From positions 32,001 to 96,000 of IMG/VR virus record IMGVR_UViG_3300032282_005553: a stretch of DNA of 64,000 bases; one strand, given 5' to 3'. This document shows, one piece after another, positions 56,801 through 64,000 of this stretch. The DNA comes from a virus. A model generated the notes under the pieces. The model was not told where the DNA came from. It searched no databases and saw only the letters and a list, made by a program, of their open reading frames with translations. Position 1 is the first letter of the stretch. Every line of letters begins with the position of its first letter. A program made the position numbers and the translations under genes.

Positions 56801-59800
56801 AAACAAAATTCTATATACCCCATTGCCCTGCTCGTTGGATGTAAATAGGAATCAGACTCAGGATCCATTTGATTCATATTTAATAAAATCAATATCAATT
56901 ATTTTTCAAAGATTACCTAGAAAGCAATTTTTAGCATATAAATTTAAACCATTAAATTCTATCGGAACATTAAACAAAACTTTCTTCCATCCAAACAGTG
57001 GATTAGTATCAGATTTTGCAGACAACAAGACTTCGCTACTATTTAATAGTGGCATATGTACTTTTGATTTCGATTATGAAAGACAACTATTTAACAATGG
57101 TTCTACCAGGTATTCAGACAGTGGCATAATATATAGTGGTGTCATAACTACACAAGTTAAAAGAATACTGAATTCAGTTGATAATTTATTAAATCATAAA
57201 AAATTACGTTTATATATAAAATATAATAATGTTTGGTACGAATACACAAATCCACATATTTTTGGATATTATAATCAAATAAACAACACAGTTTATCCAT
57301 CCTATCCTATGTTTTTTGAGTACTCCAAAGAAGAGAAATATAAAACACAACTTAACATATCTGTACCAGTCAATAGCAGAGTATCAGATGTGACTACTCT
57401 GGTAACAACTGAACCATCAATTTTGATCCCGGCTTCGGCAAAAAAGAACATTGAATTCAAATATGTCTATAACGCATTTAACCATCAGCCAAAAATTGAA
57501 TCAAGTAATAATCAAAATATACCACTATTAAATAGTATAATTTCTGTATTGCCCAATAATAATTATCCAGTATTTGATGAAACTTTTGCAATAGACAAGA
57601 ACTCAAACAATAAAATTATTATACCTGGTACAAGAGCGTATTTTTTAATAGAGGAAGAAGACAAAGCAGAAAAAATATTGACTACTATTCAAAATATGTC
57701 AGAAACTGATCAAGAAAAAATCCATAAAAACACATTTGTCATAGATGTAAATAAAACTAGATTCAGATATAAAGGAGAAGACTCAAAAACTGACGAAAAA
57801 TCTTATGAAAAAGTTCCCCCAAGAGACTACAGAGATAATAATTTTTCTGAAGAATACATCAAATATAGTAAAACAAATAAGGCCGGATATGTAGCTAATA
57901 CTAATGTTCCTACAAAACTGACTGAAATTATCTTATTATCATTTAATAATCCATATCTATTATATAGATATAAAGTTAAAAGTAAAAAAATTATTGCTCC
58001 AAAAGGAGATAAATATGGTAATGATATCTCAATATTCGCAACATTAAAATCAAATGAATACTTAAAAACATTTACCGTTTTAGAATTGGATGGAGTCTGC
58101 GAGGAATGTGAAATACCTCTTAAGGAAGGATATGTAAAGCTTGTCGATCCCGATGGTTCAACTGCAACACCGGAATCAATTATACTATTCCAAGACTTAA
58201 AGAACTTGGTTAAGTCTGAAAATGATTCGTTTCTGAGTAATAGATTTATTCAAACCAAATGGGGAGATGTATTAAGATATGACGAAAATGTATTCCAGGA
58301 TTTAAATAATTCATTAACGGTATCGAATACAATCAAGAATTTATATCCATCTTCTTTGTATGATAATATATTTCATAATATTTCTATTAATAATACTAAC
58401 ACTGGAAACTTTAACGCTTTTATAGTAAGTAGGGGGACAGGAGACGGTTCATCGGTGAGTGGAGCATTGAATCACTCTGGATTAGTATACTATAATATGC
58501 ATCAAATATATAATATTGGATTAAATAAATATTTAGAAAATATTGTTAGTAATTATCAAAATTATCTTCCTTTTCTTGATATTAATTTTTTCAATTCTAA
58601 TTATATTAGATCTCAGTCTTGGTTTAATAATATTACGAATAACTACGAAAATAATCTTGTGAGTGCTGGAGAAATATATATCAGTGGAATAAGAGAGTAC
58701 GTGCAAACAAAAGAACTTAAAAATAATCCAGAATCAGGATCAACATTTTTCATATCTATAGATAAAAATCAATACCTACAGCCGGTATTATTCAATAATA
58801 ATTTTTATTACGATAGTTTAAGAGTTGATGACGTATATTATCGTTTAGCGTCATTATCTAAAGAAGAGGCTTATAATAACAGTGGTTGTAGATCTATTTT
58901 TAAACCTAGTATCTCTTTTGGCGCAACCACATTTCCTCATTTTTTTAATACGTCGGCATTTTGTATTAGTCCAATCACTGGTCATTATTTTGAAAATATT
59001 CCAATTTATTGTGATATGGATAAAATTGGAAAATGTGCAAATGAACAGTGCGGATTAAAAACAGTGGGATGGACAAAGCTAAGAGCAGGATATAATCATT
59101 ACGAGTATCCATTTATTACTGCCAAAGTTCTGGAATCTTCCAGTAATGTAGAGTATGCTCTATCAGTTGACGAAGGACTGTATAATGTAATCGGTAATGA
59201 TAGTATGCCATATATACAGCGTTTTGAAATAGAACCAAAATCAAATCTGTTTCCGGATACAACTCTTGATAAAAACAATACATGTATAAAAGGAAATGAT
59301 GCTCGTCCACCACGACCACAGAACTATATAGATCATGAATATCAAAATAAATTAAAAAACTATATTTTATCTGAAGATAATAAAGGAGATCTTGTAAAAA
59401 ATACTGATATATTGGCTAACGAGATGCTATTTAGAACTATTTATGGAGCCAAACAGCAAATAGAATATGATACGATTAAGAAGAAAACAGTCAAAGAAGC
59501 TATACAATATAAAACTGAAAAATCTATATCTTATCTTTTACAGTATGCCGAACCAAAAACAACACCAGATCTGATTTATAAATTAATACCATATGATTAT
59601 TCTACTCAAAGTGATACATCAAAAAGAAAAATACAAGGAACCATATCTATAGACGGAGTTTTAAAGATAGGTAAAAATGTATCAGTAAAAATTGGAAATG
59701 CTACGTTATCAGTATCTGTACAAAAAATAGAAGGTAAAATTTATGCGATAGGATCTTTGAATGGAATTACTGCTAGCGGAATGATCCATGATGAAGATAA

Positions 59801-62021
59801 TATTCAGTACGGTTTAGTTCCTTGGTCTACTAGATCATCGCCCGGAAACACAGAGAACACAAGATATAGAAAACTACAAAGATGTGATATACCAGATACA
59901 TATAGTTGGTCTAAAAGCAAACATTTTACAACAATGAAATATTCAGATGGAATTAAAACTGTAGATGTTGTTGCCGAGTATTTAAAATGCATGACTAAGC
60001 TGGTACAAGAAAAAACATGTGTAGATAGAATAGATTGGGGTGGAAATCCTCCAGATGGGTCTGTGCTATCTGGTGGAATTGTAGACTGCGTGGGTAGTCC
60101 ACCATGTGTAGGATGTTACAGTAGAGGGTATGCTCCAGGACCTGGTCAATATGTGGTATTTGGACAAGTAGAAGCAGACCCTAGAACCTCTGTACTTTCC
60201 GGTGGTTCTACGACACCACCAGTGAGCACACAACCATCAAATTTAGGGGTTAATGGAGGAGCAGCCAGAGAAGGTAGTTTAGAAATTTTTAATTCTATGT
60301 CTCCTAACTGTACGGTTATAACGACCAGAAGTTCCAAAGTTTCAGTCGGCGGATTGGGTAGGGGTAGTTTTGGTAACGGATCTATTTTTGGAGACTGTCC
60401 CGTTAGACAAAATGCATCCATAAGCACAAGCCCATGTCAATTGGGTGGGGATTTTGATAGTGTGCTTGGTGGTTTGGCTGTTATGAATCTATTTGGTCAC
60501 AGAAACTGCACTACTGCTCCCTCTCCATGCAAAGGGGCTTGCACTCCATTGGATTTTGAAGACAAATATGGAAAAGTTAATACTCCTGCAAGATATGCTA
60601 CTGGTCCAGATGGTTCAAGGTATCCGATTTGTGAATGCGCTAACTATAATTATGGGTATTGTGGTATACCTGATACGACCTGTAGTTGTCCAGAATATTA
60701 CCGTGGATTTCCAAAAATATTTGAATATGATTTTGAATATTGCAACTATAATTTCACTAAAATGAGAGGCAATATATGGAAACATGAGGACGGAGAACCT
60801 CCTGTATGGGGTGGTACACTTTTAGATATAGAATGCAAACAGGCAGACTTAGACTATGGTAACGCTACCGGAGAAGCCACGGAAGAATGCTATTGGGTAG
60901 AATGTTTATCTCCCTCAGAAAGCAAGGATATCTATGAAGCTATAACAACTAATCCAAATCCATATAAGCCATTATGTCCTACAAATTTATGTAGTATTAG
61001 TTATGATAATAATACTATTACATTAAGTTTACCAGGATCAACTACTTGTTTTAATAATAATATAAGAACAAAATGTCCTGAAATAACAATCACGCTACCT
61101 GATTCAACATTCACTTTTACGGACACTATTACTAGTGAATGTACTGAATGTAGCGTTGAAAAAAATGCAATTAAAACACCAACATCTCAAAATCCGAAAT
61201 GGGATATTATTACAGAAACTAGAACAGCTATTTTAAATTGGACATTGCCTATAGAAGGAGATAAAAATATTGACGCTATGGGCGGAGGTGGAGCCGTTTA
61301 TGTGGACAAAGACATATGTGGAGACACTGGGCCTTGTTGCTGTGATAATTGCTATAGGGGAACAGGAGGAATGATACAGTGTGGTCGATCCGCTCCGGAT
61401 AGTTGGGTTTGGTGGCATGGTTTGGCATGTAATCTAAATGGTTCTCCAGACCCCCAGTTCGCCCCATGCAAAAAAAGAGAAGGACAGGTTGGTATGAAAA
61501 ATTTACGATCAGGCATAGGCTTTTATACTGGATCAGATAATGGTAAAGTTAAAGCTAGAGTAATACAAGATTGGAAAAATCAAGTTGCTGCAATATATAA
61601 AACTTACGCGCCATGCTTTAATCATAAAGATGGCAGCATAAATGTGGAAGATTTAGTAGAGGGCGTGGTTCCTGGCTCTTGTTCTGATTTACAGTTTGCT
61701 GTAGCTAGTTATCCAATGGTGGCATGGAGAAAAACACTAGATGGAGGAGAACAATCTCAAGGAACTTATGGTGTTCATTATGCATACTTTACATATCAAT
61801 ACAGAAGACCGCGTACTATACAGGATGTATTATTAGGAGAAGAAATTAGTAATAAATGTAGTACAGCAATTCCGATACTACCTACAGATGGTTATAATAT
61901 AACAGAAAAATATGAAATAAAAAATTGTGATACTATACCAAATTGTTATGATACTAAGCCGGATGTATGCGACAAGGAACATTATTGCTGTAGAACAGGG
62001 CAAAATAGAAGGGATATTTAA
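53889..62021 (+). CDS. Very large Cys-rich virion-associated protein (2710 aa), function unknown
   Basis: Uninterrupted ORF with TAATG overlap; Cys clusters at the N-terminus (MGCSCS, CNC, CC) and dense in the last ~700 aa. Confidence 0.6.
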   Translation: MGCSCSIYKKSLFLDAKIETFNIETSWLKNLIPSFEARTSGLWLPIIIKPNNSNIEYTDIFTRAESEQGLFDPCNCSISENTVDDPENDQTYCSYCSTDINNSYSIGTWKLTDKLSGKNVSVGAATCCDGACDVRISKDDYLAKLPSMNSSYLKQPYDLKYKKQFPACSNLGLGKEKFAYSTSYDSFKAEGPEIVIDWKIKERLSEIPPNDIDSYHKDIDTHEKSYKRSLITSKTCGNFILTKLSSESGNNPYYPLFSGIIGDIQTTGNYSKLLPSVKNFTKPYGFKNQDHYNIFVKTEKVGSHWKWNYSSGVLCWYRYFDVDATVDDRLIRGVDLYISDGDVFYATNDGPENSSSSYNENNPSNNEIHQCPSGLKLVKNSRVTGILPNNSEFLYISENIYGKFYSILNKIEDLEVSLDIDNSSKLKPLKKLELAALLATGPNYHEVTVDLLKTVQDIDDATKDYERDPFKQIISFNKAMLSKPQYKLNKLNIVKTSEDLVNTLANKYGAYIWFPPNTEKKLELLKSCQPHAYLDLDFEPVVKDSDTRFTTECKSKPPECGETVVSKTFAYNQEIKVGNFVFKTDVDKRYKSYACTSGNFTIDKTANIISAYFNNNLIKESYYGSGCTRFYQKYLRVPSYDLAYKKLGDSLCEDNELCDSRLSKIYNKPSGEFEDKSVILDRRYPANYCNSNVDRISFNKQGGLYYDSNIFGSDNVVFVSTYGSENGNYSVSFKTKDVGIKLYNLEICKLRDEKNAGCKTFPLNQACKCFPLSYVDGYRYNCNGTLTFTNSFNILYTPNLSTQSSPVIKSYGGFSIQEVDQILGLGNRIQNHPSPNTDLSKVNRIIDPLHPYECQETITVNFPNYIYTKWGITLPTQYNTSHADIWMKINETVDLFKPINTFLDEEDELVSEPNKNYRRFTTKVDINKSTIYGSQQNILFSKDTTPSFVNIEFTNPFLYSLLSQISSDINKNKILYTPLPCSLDVNRNQTQDPFDSYLIKSISIIFQRLPRKQFLAYKFKPLNSIGTLNKTFFHPNSGLVSDFADNKTSLLFNSGICTFDFDYERQLFNNGSTRYSDSGIIYSGVITTQVKRILNSVDNLLNHKKLRLYIKYNNVWYEYTNPHIFGYYNQINNTVYPSYPMFFEYSKEEKYKTQLNISVPVNSRVSDVTTLVTTEPSILIPASAKKNIEFKYVYNAFNHQPKIESSNNQNIPLLNSIISVLPNNNYPVFDETFAIDKNSNNKIIIPGTRAYFLIEEEDKAEKILTTIQNMSETDQEKIHKNTFVIDVNKTRFRYKGEDSKTDEKSYEKVPPRDYRDNNFSEEYIKYSKTNKAGYVANTNVPTKLTEIILLSFNNPYLLYRYKVKSKKIIAPKGDKYGNDISIFATLKSNEYLKTFTVLELDGVCEECEIPLKEGYVKLVDPDGSTATPESIILFQDLKNLVKSENDSFLSNRFIQTKWGDVLRYDENVFQDLNNSLTVSNTIKNLYPSSLYDNIFHNISINNTNTGNFNAFIVSRGTGDGSSVSGALNHSGLVYYNMHQIYNIGLNKYLENIVSNYQNYLPFLDINFFNSNYIRSQSWFNNITNNYENNLVSAGEIYISGIREYVQTKELKNNPESGSTFFISIDKNQYLQPVLFNNNFYYDSLRVDDVYYRLASLSKEEAYNNSGCRSIFKPSISFGATTFPHFFNTSAFCISPITGHYFENIPIYCDMDKIGKCANEQCGLKTVGWTKLRAGYNHYEYPFITAKVLESSSNVEYALSVDEGLYNVIGNDSMPYIQRFEIEPKSNLFPDTTLDKNNTCIKGNDARPPRPQNYIDHEYQNKLKNYILSEDNKGDLVKNTDILANEMLFRTIYGAKQQIEYDTIKKKTVKEAIQYKTEKSISYLLQYAEPKTTPDLIYKLIPYDYSTQSDTSKRKIQGTISIDGVLKIGKNVSVKIGNATLSVSVQKIEGKIYAIGSLNGITASGMIHDEDNIQYGLVPWSTRSSPGNTENTRYRKLQRCDIPDTYSWSKSKHFTTMKYSDGIKTVDVVAEYLKCMTKLVQEKTCVDRIDWGGNPPDGSVLSGGIVDCVGSPPCVGCYSRGYAPGPGQYVVFGQVEADPRTSVLSGGSTTPPVSTQPSNLGVNGGAAREGSLEIFNSMSPNCTVITTRSSKVSVGGLGRGSFGNGSIFGDCPVRQNASISTSPCQLGGDFDSVLGGLAVMNLFGHRNCTTAPSPCKGACTPLDFEDKYGKVNTPARYATGPDGSRYPICECANYNYGYCGIPDTTCSCPEYYRGFPKIFEYDFEYCNYNFTKMRGNIWKHEDGEPPVWGGTLLDIECKQADLDYGNATGEATEECYWVECLSPSESKDIYEAITTNPNPYKPLCPTNLCSISYDNNTITLSLPGSTTCFNNNIRTKCPEITITLPDSTFTFTDTITSECTECSVEKNAIKTPTSQNPKWDIITETRTAILNWTLPIEGDKNIDAMGGGGAVYVDKDICGDTGPCCCDNCYRGTGGMIQCGRSAPDSWVWWHGLACNLNGSPDPQFAPCKKREGQVGMKNLRSGIGFYTGSDNGKVKARVIQDWKNQVAAIYKTYAPCFNHKDGSINVEDLVEGVVPGSCSDLQFAVASYPMVAWRKTLDGGEQSQGTYGVHYAYFTYQYRRPRTIQDVLLGEEISNKCSTAIPILPTDGYNITEKYEIKNCDTIPNCYDTKPDVCDKEHYCCRTGQNRRDI

Positions 62022-62023
62022 TT

Positions 62024-62494
62024 ATGAATAATAGTCCATATTGTGATCTAATAGATACAAATACTGTATTCAATAATAAAAAAGTTTATAGGTGCTCATA
62101 TTGTGGAATTCAAATTGGATTAGATAATATTGATACAAAAATGATTTGTTTTAAAAAAATGCAAGATTATTCATTGTATGTCAGACAAATTGTTCGACCA
62201 AATCAAGATGCAACAGTATCAGAATTGAAGCCCGGAGAAATTGCACAGGATTTGGTACTTAACAATCTATTGGAAAAACAAACAATAGAACAAGAAAACC
62301 AAAATAATCCATCAAATTTATGCACAGATAATGAGATAGAGAGCAGATTATCTATTTGCAGAACATGTGAATTCTATCAAGATGATACATGTTCATTATG
62401 CGGATGTCATATAGTTAGAGAAGCAAATCATATGAACAAGTTGGCGCATAAAGATCAAGCGTGTCCAGCAGGAAAATGGGGTCCAATCTACTGA
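62024..62494 (+). CDS. Small Cys-rich protein, DUF6171-like C-terminal domain
   Basis: RLSICRTC...CSLCGC...K...CPAGKW pattern plus N-terminal CSYCG. Confidence 0.65.
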   Translation: MNNSPYCDLIDTNTVFNNKKVYRCSYCGIQIGLDNIDTKMICFKKMQDYSLYVRQIVRPNQDATVSELKPGEIAQDLVLNNLLEKQTIEQENQNNPSNLCTDNEIESRLSICRTCEFYQDDTCSLCGCHIVREANHMNKLAHKDQACPAGKWGPIY

Positions 62495-63528
62495 TTTCTT
62501 TTATAATCAAACTGAAATACATTTACGATACCATTTTGTGGACTTATTTGTATTTGTTTGTCTGTAACTTTATCATCAACCCTTATTCTTATTCTTACTG
62601 TTGTGCTATTAATTTGACACCATTGTCTATAATGATGTACATAAACTATATAGTGTGCATCTGGTGCTCTTCCAGGTGGCCAGAAAATGTTTTCTACTGG
62701 CCTATGTGTAGTTGGCATAGCGTTCATATCTATGTCTAACATACCCATATTAGGTCCTGCTCTATTTTGAAAATTTATTGTGGCCAATGCCCCAAAATCT
62801 GTTGTCATACATACTCCAACATCTATATCATTTAAATCATCCCAAGCAATTGATATTTGTATATCTCCTGTTTTTGCACCAGCCATCGCCAATCTTTTTT
62901 CAAATTCATCACCACCTTTTCCTGCTCCACGCCCAATACCACTACTATTTCCGGTAAACTTACCTGTCTTCCCTCTCGATGGAGGAGGAGGGGCCGGTTC
63001 TCTATCTAGACCAAGTCCTTTGATCACATCGTTCAAATTATTGTCCTGATCCGATTCTGCAACACTATTTTTTGGTTGTGATGTTGTGGAATCTTCATTT
63101 TTGGATTCTTCATTTTCTTGTATAGACAAAGTTTCGTCAATCGAAGAAAGAGCATTTAAGTCTATTGGTTCCTCGGTCATTGGTTGAGCTATCGTATCGT
63201 CAACTAATTCGTTTATATCGGGTTCTAGAAGTTCTGGCTCATCAGATGCTACTTCTGTTTCTTCTGTTATTGGAGCATCGTCGATCATTTGTTCTGGAAC
63301 AAGAGAAACTTCCTCTATATTTAGAGCAATTTCTTCTGTGGCCTCAAATGACATAGTGATAGATATTGGCTTAACAGGACTTTCTGTCTTGATAAAGAGA
63401 ATAGCTAAAAATAACAAGAGTATTACATTGAAACAGAGGCTCTGTAATACGCCTGTTAGCCAAATATCTTCGCAGATTTTTATTTCTTCGTCAGTTAAGT
63501 ATTTGCTGAATCCTGATTTTTTTGCCAT
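62488..63528 (-). CDS. Membrane-anchored protein with acidic linker and C-terminal YfaP/DUF2135-like domain
   Basis: ATG at 63528 (MAKKSG...); single TM (SLCFNVILLLFLAILFI); long D/E/P-rich linker; Gly-rich stretch; ISIAWDDLNDIDV...LDIDMN...VENIFW...YIVYVHHY motif. Confidence 0.7.
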   Translation of the reverse strand: MAKKSGFSKYLTDEEIKICEDIWLTGVLQSLCFNVILLLFLAILFIKTESPVKPISITMSFEATEEIALNIEEVSLVPEQMIDDAPITEETEVASDEPELLEPDINELVDDTIAQPMTEEPIDLNALSSIDETLSIQENEESKNEDSTTSQPKNSVAESDQDNNLNDVIKGLGLDREPAPPPPSRGKTGKFTGNSSGIGRGAGKGGDEFEKRLAMAGAKTGDIQISIAWDDLNDIDVGVCMTTDFGALATINFQNRAGPNMGMLDIDMNAMPTTHRPVENIFWPPGRAPDAHYIVYVHHYRQWCQINSTTVRIRIRVDDKVTDKQIQISPQNGIVNVFQFDYKRNQ

Positions 63529-63830
63529 TTGTGCCAACCATTATTAGGTAACCAATTATTGTTGTCATCTTTTCTTTTGGGGAAAAGAGTACCACCCTTC
63601 TTATGCTGTCCGAATGCTAAAATTGCTCCACAGTCATTGCAACGCAATTCATAATAGTCATTGCCGTCTACATTCCTGACGATATATCGAATATTATTTT
63701 TTCCACAAAGTCCGCATTTTTCTTCTCCAAAAATTTCTTGAATTAAAGCTAATTCTTTAAAAATTTCTTTTTGCCCGGATCCTTCTAATTCAAATTCTAG
63801 CTTACTATTTGGTTTGTATATTAGTTTCAT
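63495..63830 (-). CDS. Zinc-ribbon hypothetical protein (111 aa)
   Basis: AAGGA RBS; CGLC...CNDCG motifs. Confidence 0.75.
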   Translation of the reverse strand: MKLIYKPNSKLEFELEGSGQKEIFKELALIQEIFGEEKCGLCGKNNIRYIVRNVDGNDYYELRCNDCGAILAFGQHKKGGTLFPKRKDDNNNWLPNNGWHKWQKNQDSANT

Positions 63831-63831
63831 A

Positions 63832-63999
63832 TCATTCCTTTCTCTGCCAGTTTGGTTGGTAGGTTAAAATATCTGATGGTATACTAGTGATGTCTTGTTG
63901 ATGTTTTGATAATTCTTTGATTATAAGTACGGCATTATCATGTGAAATTTTATCAACATTTGTTGCATCTATTCCTAGTTGAGACACAAGAGACAAAAC
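63832..63999 (-). CDS. 3' end of a hypothetical protein (truncated by window edge)
   Basis: Open frame VLSLVSQLGIDATNVDKISHDNAVLIIKELSKHQQDITSIPSDILTYQPNWQRKE ending in TGA 1 nt before the next ATG. Confidence 0.6.
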   Translation of the reverse strand, partial: VLSLVSQLGIDATNVDKISHDNAVLIIKELSKHQQDITSIPSDILTYQPNWQRKE

Positions 64000-64000
64000 A

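Noticed and set aside
1-64000. CRISPR array, tRNA/rRNA genes, or stop-codon reassignment
   Set aside because: No regularly spaced short repeats; intergenic gaps are too small or explained by terminators; very long ORFs tile the window in the standard code and TAA, TGA and TAG all appear as gene ends.

Overview
AT-rich (visually about one-third GC), gene-dense segment of a large tailed-phage (Caudoviricetes) genome, standard genetic code. Bases 1-62494 are a co-directional + strand virion morphogenesis module: giant Ig-like/fibre proteins, collagen- and Mtd_N-type tail fibres, neck/head-tail joining proteins, a putative tail tube, tail assembly chaperones, a 6532-aa tape measure protein (TMP), and tail-tip/baseplate proteins ending in a 2710-aa Cys-rich protein. 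A convergent - strand block starts at about 62488. No tail sheath, tRNA, rRNA, CRISPR array, integrase or reverse transcriptase was recognised. The main finding is the TMP, which is built like a polyprotein. Eight copies of a roughly 50-70 aa '[FY]xxGG...DTVPAMLTPGEFV...[FY]xxGG' module, plus isolated half-motifs, separate helical ruler segments from globular cargo. The cargo includes a P-loop kinase fused to a HIGH-class nucleotidyltransferase, a possible PD-(D/E)xK nuclease, two HExxH zinc metallopeptidases with hydrophobic segments, and several unknown domains. This suggests an injected, proteolytically processed, modular effector array. All product calls come from motifs and gene order read by eye; no database search was run.
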